47,542 bases of DNA from Klebsormidium nitens (Eukaryota; Plantae; Klebsormidiophyceae), in the NCBI GenBank assembly GCA_000708835.1, contig DF237597.1:1-47542 (forward strand), in the 5' to 3' direction. The notes beneath the pieces are model-generated. The model searched no databases and had not been told where the DNA came from. It saw only the letters and a list, made by a program, of their open reading frames with translations. The translations under genes and the position numbers were made by a program. Shown in pieces: positions 35,901 through 46,989 of the stretch; within the stretch, counting starts at the first letter, position 1; every line of letters starts with the position of its first letter.

Positions 35901-37663
35901 AGGATGAGTTCGGAGCAATAGGTAGGCGGTGCTTTAGCGCGGCATGAGGATTGCTGAAAGCTCACAGTGGTGCTAGGGGTTGATCCTTTGCGCCAAGGCC
36001 TTCGTCCCGTCCTCCTCCCAACCAGGCGACGTCGCTTCCTTACCTTTCTCCACAGGCCCGGAATGCGAACCCTTTGCAGAAGTTGTCGGCTGGATTCGCG
36101 AGCAATTGGCAGGTGAGGCTTCATCAGTCAAACAATGTCGTTTGGATAAGGTGCTTTCCGAAAACACTGCCTCAGGAACGGGGTAATCAACTAGCAGTCA
36201 AAGATTCGGGCTGTCTGAAGGGTTTCGCTTGCGTTGTTTTTAGGAGCAAAAAGGCTGGAATCCGCCTCATTCGAATAGACACCGACGATTGAGCTCTCAA
36301 GCAATCTTTCTTGTTGAGGAGTGCTTTTGCTCTTCAAAAACGACATCGTATCAAGTTCTTTGCAACCAGTCAATGTCCTGACGCTGCTATGTTCAAAGTA
36401 AAGCCTGCGGATCATTCTTCGTCGTCGATGCAGATTATCGACGGCGATACGGGCACCCTCGAGAACCTCGTGACGGCAGTGTTTGGGTTTGTCAAGCTGC
36501 GGGCGAACGCGGATACCGAGTGAGTTGAACTTTTGAGGATGAAGCACTCAAATTTTATGGAGCGCTTAAGTTTCGACTGACGATCTTGACGATCAAGAGC
36601 TCACTGAGGTTCAGCAGACGTTGGTCGAGTCAGCTTTCTCATCGACTGTCCTTTAAGTCTGTTTGATGCGGCAGGAACATAGGAAATCCGCATCGGGCAC
36701 TTATGTCCCCTGCACGGGAGCTAGAACACCTTCTTCAAGCAGAAGAGTTGGTTTCTTACAACGTCGCGAAGCGAGTGTTCTCGGTTTGCCAGTGTCCTTG
36801 CCGGCTTTCAGGGGGGATGGATAGGAGTGAGCACCGGCAGACAGTGACCCATTAGTCAACCCGCACTCCAGATATAGAGGGAGTGATATTGCGACGATGT
36901 AAAGCTAGTCAACATACGCGTCTGATCGAGGTTCTGCGATGACACTTCTGCATACGATAAGGTAACGATAAGGTGGCTATAAGGAGGAGAGAACCCAGCG
37001 TGTTGCGCTTTCGTGGAGTTGTCCACAGAGTCTGGTGTCATTGAAAGTCGCTGTTGCCTTATGAGAACGGTATAAGAGTCCCGGTCAAAGATTACGCCTA
37101 ACATCGATGACAAGACTCCTGGTGAAGAAATCCAGGGGCGTGAATCTGCTCGATGAAGCCACAACACTTCGGACAAATTTTCCAACTTTCGCACTAACTA
37201 ATCGTGTGCCCTTTCAGAACCACGTCACCCGTGAGGACGAACGTCTTCATCAGAAAAGCGGCCGTGGAGGTTGGGCCGGTCAAGATTCCGTTGAACCTCA
37301 ACGGGCGGGGCTTTGTTGAGCAACTGTAAGAGCCAGTCTGTCTGCCTCCATCTGTTTTGACGTTGCTTACGGTCTGTCTAAGAAAGGCTTCCTCATCTCT
37401 GTCTGACCGCCCGTTCTCCATAAGCAAGACGCACCCTGTCCTTGTCGAAAGCCTGGTTCGTCATAATCTGTTGACACTAAGCAGCTCATGTGCTCAATCG
37501 TCTGCGCATATGCGTTCTACGGTTATGGAAATAACAAACTGGAATTCGTCGTATGTTTCAATGCGCTGAGTGACTTTGTCGCTTCTGCAGGTATTTGGAT
37601 GACAAGCTGCGCATCAGCCGCGGCAGCAAAGGGAGCACTTTCATCCACGTACGGGACGACTAG
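29943..37663 (+). CDS. FBN10: Plastid lipid-associated protein / fibrillin with two PAP_fibrillin domains (FBN10/PAP12 type), 431 aa
   Basis: Exons: 29943-30293, 30794-30961, 31401-31484, 32151-32342, 32942-33025, 35551-35643, 36056-36112, 36434-36519, 37218-37325, 37591-37663. Total 1296 nt, phases consistent. Transit-peptide-like N-terminus. Motifs LEGRWQLVYTTRPGTASPIQRSF, FRFDRAAF..FLPFKVPYPVPFKLLDDEAKGWLDTVYLSPEGNLRISKGNKGTTFVLQ, LSGKWRLVWTSQ and YLDDKLRISRGSKGSTFIH match Arabidopsis At1g51110 as I recall it. Confidence 0.92.
32060..32085 (+). repeat. Copy of the FBN10 exon 4 start behind an AG, 85 nt upstream of the true acceptor
   Basis: gttgcttcgatcgccac is exact at 32069-32085 and 32154-32170; preceded by aaaag|gta versus ctcag|gcg. 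Confidence 0.75.
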
Positions 37664-38815
37664 TTTTGACACGTGTTGCAGATTACCTGCGCGCGTTGGT
37701 TGTGACGGGTGCGTTCTTGTATATACAAACAAACGTCTTGCGTGCAATGATGGACCAATAATTTGAATCGAACATGGATTTGTCTGACTCCTCAGCGCTT
37801 CTTTTTAAATAGAACTCGTAAGCAGCCGAGACCGGTATGTGTCGGTATCCTGGAGCCTGCACGCTCTTCATAAGGTTTCTGGCCCGGAGTACACAGCGCA
37901 CTGCGCACTATATAGGGTGTTCAAAGCTACCGTCGGATGGAATGATGTGCTTCGACCACGCGGCGCGTCGACATGCATAAAAGCCCCATTGTGCATCATT
38001 GTGGTGTATAAGACGTCTCTAACATTTGGGAGTCTGGACCATTTGACCGCGCGAACTTAATTGGACCCTTCTGCATATGGCATGCCTGGCAGACTGAGGC
38101 CAAGTGAGTCGGACTGCCTGGCTACAGCTCGCTGCAAACATGTGAGACACGCATCCATCAACGCAGTAATGACTTCGAGCGGCCAGGCCGCTCACTCGGA
38201 TCTTGATGGCTGGCCCGGCCTCGGTGCGACATAGGAGAAGCAGGCCCATCAATAAAAATTCAATCAACAACGTCCGTTCGATCAGTGTGCATCATGCAGC
38301 AAGCCCTAGCGCGGTTGCACGTACTTATTCAAGCACAGATTGTGACATGTATATGTACGTCCACTTCTCACATCATTCTTTGAAACCAACGAGGCTGCGT
38401 TATCGCTTCATGAGTCTGCATGTGTCCAGCATCATCGGCAGCCGTTCTTTGTATCATGAACACCGCGGCCCTTCTAAAATGTCGAGCTTTTGAGTGTTGG
38501 ACAAAACGCGAAGTTTAATAAAGAACAAAAGCGGGTCAAGTTCAACCTATCAGTATTGTTTAATAGCTGGTCCGCTGTATATATGACATGTCTCGTCCGC
38601 TCTAGCAATCAAACAAGCAAGCCGACACCCACCCATATCATTTATTCTACCGTACTTGTATCTTATCGGCTTATTATCCAGTTTTGGTTTCTTTACCCGG
38701 TTTCTTTCCCGATCAGCGGGGAAGCTGGAATAATATGCGCGTCGAACCTAAGCTCCCCTTTCCCGACCCCGGAACCTTCCACACCTAGTTTTACAGACTC
38801 GTCTGTCCCGATTGC

Positions 38816-41800
38816 CTAGCCGAAGCACCCACAGGACGCCTTCTTTTTTCGCGCGCCACCGACAGTTTCTTTCACCGCCGCGGCTTTGGTGCGAACCCTG
38901 GCCAACGTCACCTGCAGAGAAATGGCAGGCGCTTTAACCGGGTGGTTCCGCCTACGTCACCATTTCGTTCACTCAGCGGCGAGTGTTCCACGGCAATTGT
39001 GTAATTCCTGTCGATGAGCAGTTGCGGGCTCGAAAGCGACAGTTGACGCTATTGATCGCCACTCACTTTTGGCTGACAAGTCCCGCCACTGAACTGAGCC
39101 ATCCGGCGATTACGCGTGTTCGAACATACCCGTTTAACAAAAGGAGTGTTCGGATGCAATCGCGAGCGGTTCGTGCTTTGACTGCATTGCAAAGGTGTCC
39201 AGAAGGGCGCTGAGACGGTAACGGGTGTAAAGCGTCCGATTGGCGGTTGACGCATGAACACGTTTTGATGGATATTTGGCTGCAACTCAGAGCCAAAACG
39301 GTAGGCTCGCAGCAGTGATCGTTATTTGGAGAAGCTTTAGGACAGGCGAGTAAGACGATAGTCTTGAAACAGCCAGGACGTGGCAGATCATCAGGGCAGG
39401 TGTGGCAGAACTTCAAATGCAACACGGAATGACAAGGACTAGGATAACTCTGCAACCAACTGTTGGCCTCTACATAAGCGGATGTTAGGATGCTGCAAGC
39501 CTACCTCGGAGTGATCGTTGCACAAAGAAGAGACAACTGCACGGTACGAAGGAATCGAGGAGGCAGCGCTTACCTCCACGTCCTTGAGCGACTCCGTGCC
39601 CGGTTCAACAACCCCAGGACCTTGCTTCTCCATACCAAACTGCACCAAGAGTGGAACGGAAGAGTTGATAACGACGACGGGATCTAAAGCTGTCCCGTTG
39701 ACAAAACCGATTGAAAAGATGGTCAGAAATGTAGCATTCGTCGGGCATGCCGGAAGACCTCTCGTTTCTTGGCCCGAAAAAGTCATTTGCATCTCCCTTT
39801 GATTTCCATTTATCCTCCCTTAATCTCCTTTTGACTTTCGTCGTACGCATCTCCTCTGAAAGGCGCACTCAGAATGCTAAAAGCGGTGCTGATTGAAAGA
39901 CTGGGTAAAGAACCGATCATTGCGTGTTTCAGTGGCTTGACGATTAATCTACTTTGTATTCTTAATTACAGCCAAGCGACAGGAAAAATTCGCTTCGCAT
40001 CTCCTTCGGGGCCGATTGTCGACGTATCTTGTCTGTTATTGCATCCACGCGCGTAAAAGTAGCAATCGAATCTAGGCAACGGTGGAATCCGACGAGACCT
40101 TTCTGCAGTACGCAAGTTGAAAACAAGACAGGATATTTCAACCGAGAGTCGATTCGAATCCTACCTCCGTGCCTGCTTCTACGGAAGCGGCGGGAGCCTT
40201 CGCCTGGATATTTTTGTCTTCCTCCTCGTGCTGTCCGTTCATGAGGGGAGCGGTTTTGCCTGGCAAGGGGACAGGCGAGTCTGAATTGCATATGAGTAAC
40301 TCTATACTGTAATAAGAGGAGTTTGTTTTCTGATACACAAACGCCGGGCATCTCAACTACGGTCCGTAACCCGAATATCACGCGCTTCGCACCTGCACCC
40401 AACCTAAGCATCAGACTAACCCCACCCGTTCCCCCGGTGCTTACCGTTAAACAGTCGGCCCTTGAAACATACAAGTCCAGAGTTGCGGCGTCAGAGACCT
40501 TTTTGAGTGTCCTTATGTGCAGGCGGGTGTAGAGTATCGGGTCAAAAAAAAAAGGCCAGAGTTTCAATGCAGTTCAAGGGAGCGTTCGGAGAGACAGCTT
40601 GGAAAGAGCGTACACTTCGAAAGAAACTGGGAAAAATCAAAATTCAAGGTTTAGGGATATCTTGGAAAGTCATTTAAAAACGTCGCAAAGAAAGATGGGA
40701 AATGGTTGAGGCACCTTCGAAAGAAGTAGTCGAAGCGACTCAGGAATGTGGAACCACGAGACCCCAAGGGCACATCGCTTTTCTTCCAAGAGGGACACGT
40801 TGAAGAGGGTATAGTTTAGGTACATGCAACACAATATAGACCTTTGCTTGCCGCCTGCTTCGCGTATCAGATAGCCGGTGAGAGGCCTTTCCGAGCTCCC
40901 GAAGAGTAAAGAAACACGTGATCCACGTACCCGAGTCTCCAGACATACACGAAAAGATCCAACGGGCGAAAAGGTAAAGAAGGGCTAAGGTTAAGTAAAT
41001 GTTTTAAAGGTAAGAAAGTGATGCGAACAGGTGTAAGCAAATTACGGAATGTATCTATGTTTGAAGTTCGCCACTTCGTCCTAAAGTGCCCAACGTTACC
41101 ACCATAATGTGCTCACCTGTCGTGCTGGGCACTTCGTCTATGGGAGGCAATAACCCCACGTAAGAGAACGCGTGCTCATACTTGGCCGGGGGGTCGCTGG
41201 CTGCCTCCTTCTTCAGGTACTGACCCCCCTGGTACGAAAACGCGTGCTCGTACTTGGCTGCGGGGGGGCTGCTCGGGGTGCCTTTCTTCAGGAACTGCCC
41301 CCCCTGGTACGAAAACGCGTGCTCGTATTTGGCGGCAGGGGGAGAACTAGCCGCTTCCTTCTTCAGATATTGACCCCCCTGGTAAGAAAACGCGTGTTCG
41401 TACTTCGCCGCGGGGGGGCTGCTCGCTGCCTTGTCCTTGAGGTATTGCCCCCCCTGATACGAAAACGCGTGCTCGTACTTCGCCGCGGGGGGGCTGCTCG
41501 CTGCCTTCTCCTTTAGGTATTGACCCCCTTGGTACGAAAAGGCGTGCTCGTACTTTGCCGCGGGGGGGCTGCTCGCTGCCTTGTCCTTGAGGTATTGCCC
41601 CCCCTGGTACGAAAAGGCGTGCTCATACTTGCTCGGAGTGGGAGTGTTGGCCTCCGCTACAGTAACTCCCGCCGCTGCCGCTTGGCCGCGAAACGACCCC
41701 CCCACGTATGAGAAGGCGTCGGCGTATGGCTTCGCTTCCGGCTTCTTGGCGGGAAAAGACTGCCGTCCAACATACGAGAACGCATGTTCGTAGCGAGAAC

Positions 41801-44800
41801 CCACTCCCCCGTCCGTCGCTGACGTCACGGAGGCCTCCGGCGCGACCTTTGCTGACTTCAGGTACTGCCCCCCCACGTACGAAAAGGCTTCGTCGTATTT
41901 CCGGGTTGCGCTCGGCCGGGGGTCCGCTTTGTGCAGGAACTGGCCCCCCTGGTACGAGAAAGCGTGCTCGTATTTGTTAGCAGGGGGGGGGCTGGGCTCG
42001 GCTTTTTTCTGGAACTGACCCCCCTGGTACGAGAACGCGTGCTCGTATCTGCTTGAGGGGGAAGGGCTGGACTCCACTTTCTTCAGGAACTGACCCCCCT
42101 GGTACGAGAATGCGTGCTCGTACTTACTTGTGGGGAAAGGGCTGAGCTTGGCTTTCTGCAGGAACTGGCCCCCCTGATACGAAAACGCGTGTTCGTATTT
42201 GCTGGCAGGGGGTGGGCTGGACTCGGTTTTCTGCAGGAACTGGCCCCCCTGATACGAAAACGCGTGCTCGTATTTGCTGGCAGGGGGTGGGCTGGACTCC
42301 GCTTTCTTCAGAAACTGACCCCCCTGGTACGAAAAAGCGTGCTCGTACTTGCTGGCAGGGGGAGGGCTAGACTGCGCTTTCGTCAGGAATTGGCCCCCCT
42401 GGTACGAGAACGCGTGCTCGTTCTTTTTTGGGGGGTCCGCCGCTACGCTTCCGGTCGCCTCCGGCCTCAGCCCCTGAACCCCCTGGTACGAAAACGCGTC
42501 CTTATATCTTTCCCCTGGATCCGCTCCCCCCTCCGAGGTTGCCTTCAAATGCTGCCCCCCAACGTACGAAAACGCGTCCGCATACTTGCTGGGGGGGACA
42601 GCCTCGCTCTTCTTCGGTTGCAAGTACCCCCCCCCGACGTAAGAAAAGGCGTGCTCGTACTTGCTCGCTGCGGCGGGGGGGCTCGTCTTGGGCGGAAGAT
42701 ACCCCCCTCCGACGTACGAAAACGCGTCCGCGTACTTGGCCGCGGGAGGGGCGTCGCTCGTCTTTGCTGGCAAGTACCCCCCTCCGACGTACGAGAAGTC
42801 GTGCTCGTACTTGGGGGGGGCAGGAATCTCCGTTAGGTGCTGCCCCCCAACGTAGGAAAAGGCGTCCTTGTAGCGGTCGGCTTCGCTGGGGGATGCCTGT
42901 TGAGCACAGGGAGGGAAATTGCAGAAGGATTGCAAAACGGAGAAGGTCGCTGCAAGTAGCCGTCACTTAAAGCAGAGTGTGAAGCGGCTGAGAACGAGCA
43001 TCCCGAACATACGATCTGAGACTGAAAGGTGGAAGCAAATAAGAACAGAATTAAACAGACCGTTGGGCTACGGTATAAGAGAAGGGGAGAAAAAAGATAC
43101 ATTCCCAGAAATAAAACACGTACAGAGCTTATGAAGGTAATTGAGACGTGGAACTCTCGGTGAAAGTAAAAAGAATATCTTTGCAATCCCAAAAAGTCGA
43201 CCCTGAAGCCTGCCAGCGCCTGACTTTACTTACGACCATTGGGGGCGGATGCTGTTAAGTCAAAAAGAGCAAAAGATGCGGCAGAGAAGGATAAGAAAAG
43301 CCGCTCTCGCTTCCTGTGGTGCAACGAAAGAACTAAGGTAAATGAAACGTCCGTCATTTTGAAGTACTGCATTTCGACTTCCCTACAGCAGATGTTGGAA
43401 AACTTCGAGGCAAGAAGGGGACGGAACGGGAAGACTGCTCAAGTAACGACAAGGGACGGTTGCTGCTGTATCCAAGTGCGCGGCAAGCCAAAGCTTGGAG
43501 TGAACATGCCAGGGTACTCTCCTCGTTTGACAACCTTCACCAGGAATCTTGATTATGTGTGATTACTGGTGGCTTCTCTGTGATCGAAATACATCTGTAT
43601 GCAGTTTTCCAAGCGAGCATGACAGAATGCGGTTCCTTTGAGCATGGAAATGGTTGCAAAAGAACGTTTTCCAGAAAACGATTTCATGAGCAGCGACACA
43701 CTTCAATAGCACTGCATGAAAAACTCTCAAGATGGCTTCGCAGGTGACCAGGCCCGGTGGCCGTGCATCCGCTCGCATATTCCAGTCTCTTTGAATGGTC
43801 TACAACATTTTCCAGCGACTGTTCTTAGAGATCCGTACCTCAAGACACGAGCTGCAACGTGGCTGGTGGACGGAAGCATCGCACTTTGAGTTGACAAATA
43901 AAGAAGGAAGGTAAAAGATCAACAATCGAAAGGACTTAGGTTCTATGAGAATGCTGATTCACCTCAGGGCTCCCGCCGCCAGTGCTGGGTGCGAGACCGT
44001 CCACCGACGACATGCTGTGGGAAAAGCACAGGCAATGAGAAAGTGGCCTCCACAACCTTTGTCAGATTGTTCGTTCTCCCTCAGACCCCACAACCAAGGG
44101 TCCCTTTCTTAACCACTCCTTTGGCAATCGAACCTTCAAACCCCAACTTTAAGGGGTTTCTTTCATTTAGTTGCACTCTCTGGCATTTGTCTGGTGAGGA
44201 AAGGCAGGCAATAAGGAACGAGGATTTGAGATCGGGGCTTATGAGGGTCAACAACAGGGTAGTTGCGACTCACACAACGAGGAAAATAATGCTCAAAGAA
44301 GGTAACCAAAACGACAAGCTTCGGATGGTCATGCGGTCTGCCTCTGCGACCTTCCCCTGACCTGTATGTGGTGCTTATCAAGTGCGAAGCGCTCAGATAC
44401 TCAAGTAGACAAATATTCGACAATCTGCTCTGAGCCAAATCTTTTATTAACAGCTGACAACTTTTGGAATAATGTTCAAAGGGTTCAAGGAAGATAGATT
44501 CAGTTCAATGAAGACAGGATCTTGTCTGTATGCAGGTCAAAACCTCAAGTGTATGTGGACGCTGTTGGCTTCTTTTAACCTGCTTCATATCACCTGATTC
44601 AGAACATTCCAAAAGGTTGCTTCTTGCAATGCAATGCAGCTGCAATTAAAGGTGTCAAAACTTGAGAGGAGTCCTCCTTACCTGCTTACACTTGCAATGT
44701 CCATTACTGACTTTGGGCTTGGAGGGGCGTCAATCGGCGTCAAGCCCTGCATTGATTGCGTGAAGTCAGGCGCCCTTCTTGCAGCATATACAGGCTATAG

Positions 44801-45354
44801 GAGGAGGCTTTGAATAGAGACCATTGGGTGATTCCAGACACAGAAAATCGATAGAGCGTTGGAGGTTGCGAATAGATCTTCACACTGGATGAATCTTGAG
44901 AGAGAGTAACCAGGAATGCACCATCAACCCGTAGGGCTGTCTCTGCGTCGATTGCAGGTTGTATCAAGAATGCTGCCACTTATCTGGAAATATTTCTGAA
45001 AGGGTATGAACGTTTTCCGGCACATAGAGAAAGTTTGTCTGCGCTCAGAAGCAAAGAGCAAAGGCAGAGCATCTCTTTTAGCGAGCCTTTCACATGGGAG
45101 TGCGCTTTGCCCTCTTCCCACCCCCTCAGGAACTTTCTTTATATACAAATACAGGATGCATCTGGCTACCTTCTAGAAGATTCAGAAGGTCAGAACGAAA
45201 TGCTTTCTTTTTGATCAAGCAATGCCAGGGTCTACAATATCCGTAACAGCGGGGTGCTAAATTTCACCTTTGAGTCGCCTTGTGCTGCGGTGGGGGCTAT
45301 GGCAGTCGGGCCTCCCTTGACCTTTCTGCTCAGTATCTTCTTGAATGACTTCAT
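38816..45354 (-). CDS. Uncharacterised low-complexity repeat protein (23 x KYEHAFSY[Q/V]GGQ), polybasic N-terminus, C-terminal KKKASCGCFG, 752 aa
   Basis: Exons: 45268-45354, 44682-44746, 43963-44014, 43234-43251, 41117-42896, 40165-40259, 39574-39639, 38816-38911. All are GT-AG, phases match, total 2259 nt; an in-frame stop precedes the ATG. Reads MKSFKKILSRKVKGG...GDSK|GLTPIDAPPSPKSVMDIASVSS|MSSVDGLAPSTGGGSPE|HPPPMV|ASPSEADRY...PSTTG|KTAPLMNG...GTE|FGMEK...KDVE|VTLARV...ARKKKASCGCFG*. The small flanking exons are less certain than the 1780-nt repeat exon. Confidence 0.82.
40346..40443 (+). mobile_element. Dispersed repeat copy B (in an intron of the repeat-protein gene), homologous to 5305-5403
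   Basis: gggcatctcaactac...atcacgcgcttcgcacctgcaccc...ccccacccgttcccccggtgctta aligns nearly ungapped with copy A; the terminal CTAG is lost. Confidence 0.5.
41155..42876 (-). repeat. Coding tandem repeat, 23 units, mostly 75 nt (25 aa) period
   Basis: Units counted in the translation; plus-strand core ccctggtacgaaaacgcgtgctcgtactt recurs with synonymous variants. Confidence 0.97.
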
Positions 45355-46169
45355 CTCTTCAGCTTGGCTTTGCTTCAATTCCGGTTCTCAAGACAGTTTG
45401 CAGCTCAAACCCTCCGTGAGACTCCAGACCTTCCAGCTGGTCAGTTATCTGCTCACAAGACTTGACACTCTGCTGAACTCAGACTGCAGCAGCTAACTAT
45501 AGAACAAGAATCTTCTTGCGCCTCCAAACCCTTGCGTTGCCTTCTGCAAGGAGATGGTTCTCATCCTTCGACCATGCGATCAGCCTTCACAGAGGAGGTC
45601 CTTTGCTGTTGATCCGAGTAGCCAACTGGTTAATCCTGTTTCTCCTGGCTCCTCAATCCCACGTACTAGGTCCAAACGATAGCAGGTCGACTTTGCGCTG
45701 CGCCGCTGATGCAATAAAGTCTGTAACAAGACACCAGCCGCCGACTCTGAGTCTGAGGCTCGAACCTTCTGAGCAGATGGGTCCTTTTTGCACCGTAGAA
45801 CAAAACAAACGGCGCTTTCCACAAGCTGATCTACGGTATCTTGGATCAGCAGCCTTGGGCTTCAGCTGTTTCAACATTTGGTGGTACCACGAACTTGAAC
45901 TTGAAGTTGGGATTTGAAGGGGGCCATTTTGGAAGGCACTGGGCAGCTAAAAATCTCAAAAAGGCCGGTCGGCCAATCACCACGTGCACCACGGGGCAAA
46001 AAGCTAGTATCATATCCGAGTCGGCGTCAGGGCCAGTTCTCGCGCGCGGGGACATGAGCGCACTGCGCAGCAGACCAAAGTTGCCATTGGCATCATCATG
46101 GCGTCAGCGGGAAAATTTTGCACTTCGCAGACTCGTGCGAGCAGTGCAGCAAAACGGACTCACAAACAA

Positions 46170-46380
46170 CGGTACTTACTGTACGGTACTTGGCCGAACT
46201 TTTCCCGAACCGTATGACTGTCGACGCTTGTGAAAGGGCGGTCACTTGTACGACTTCGCAATTCCGAGTCGGGGCTCCCGAAAAAGCACTGCAAAGTTCG
46301 GTCTCGTATATATGGTCGGTCGGCGTGAAATACTACGTGTTGGAAATCAAAATAAATTCGGCCGAACCTGCCACGTCATC
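46170..46380 (-). promoter_or_regulatory. Candidate promoter of the repeat-protein gene (TATA-like, DRE/CRT-like and ABRE-like motifs)
   Basis: tatatat at 46307-46313; ACCGAC and GCCGAC on the minus strand at 46315-46324; ACGTGGC on the minus strand at 46370-46376. A candidate 5'UTR donor lies at about 46179 (gtaagt) and an acceptor at about 45482. Confidence 0.4.
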
Positions 46381-46989
46381 TGCTTTTGCGGCTAGCCCCA
46401 TGATGCTGGCACGCGAGTCGCGACCATCGACGGCACGCGCGTGTGACCGTACCGTGACGCTCCTCAGTTGTCCGGACGGCCAAATCAATCAGCGCTACTA
46501 GCGATCAAAAGCAGCACTGAGCCGGCGGCGGGCCAACCAACTGAAGAATGGCATAAAAGGAACGGCCCAGATATTCCTCGGGGAGGATCGACGGCGATCG
46601 GAGCTTTGCGCCAATTAGCGTCACTTTTTACGACAATCCAGACGCAGTCACCGTAGAGGATTTTCCATTACCGACCCCCTCGGCGGGCGGACCAAGCCTG
46701 ACCGTACTTATCAGACGCCTGGCAGCACCCGACCGGGCCCTAGTAGGCTGACTCATTACCTAATTTCATATATTACGTACATTGCGGTGGACTCGACTGC
46801 CCATACGTGGCGCACTCTGAGCGGATACGTGGTGCACTTGGCTCTGAGCAAACTCGTGCTGCACTGTGAGGGAATACGTGGTCCACTCTCAGCGCGCAAT
46901 ACACGTCCAGCCTGTGAACTGCCGGCGACATATTGCCTCCGAAGTCAGTTCCCTATTCACAAAGTCAGGCTTCGGGATTGACTCGCGGG

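Noticed and set aside
40145-40170. gattcgaatcc, resembling a tRNA T-arm
   Set aside because: No D-arm, anticodon arm or acceptor stem upstream; it overlaps a splice donor.
39962-40567. 201-aa minus-strand ORF
   Set aside because: A different frame (40165-40259) fits the spliced gene; the ORF runs through a T10 tract and a repeat relic.
41155-42876. CRISPR-like appearance (conserved core plus variable spacer)
   Set aside because: Eukaryotic locus, open frame across all units, spacers related to each other, no cas genes. The same applies to the 3905-4413 array.
42114-42970. 240- and 180-aa plus-strand ORFs with their own repeats
   Set aside because: Antisense reading of the repeat exon; the substitutions are synonymous in the minus-strand frame.
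38816-45354. Pyrenoid Rubisco linker as the primary call
   Set aside because: The architecture fits, but there is no convincing plastid transit peptide and the C-terminus looks lipid-anchored; kept only as a secondary hypothesis.
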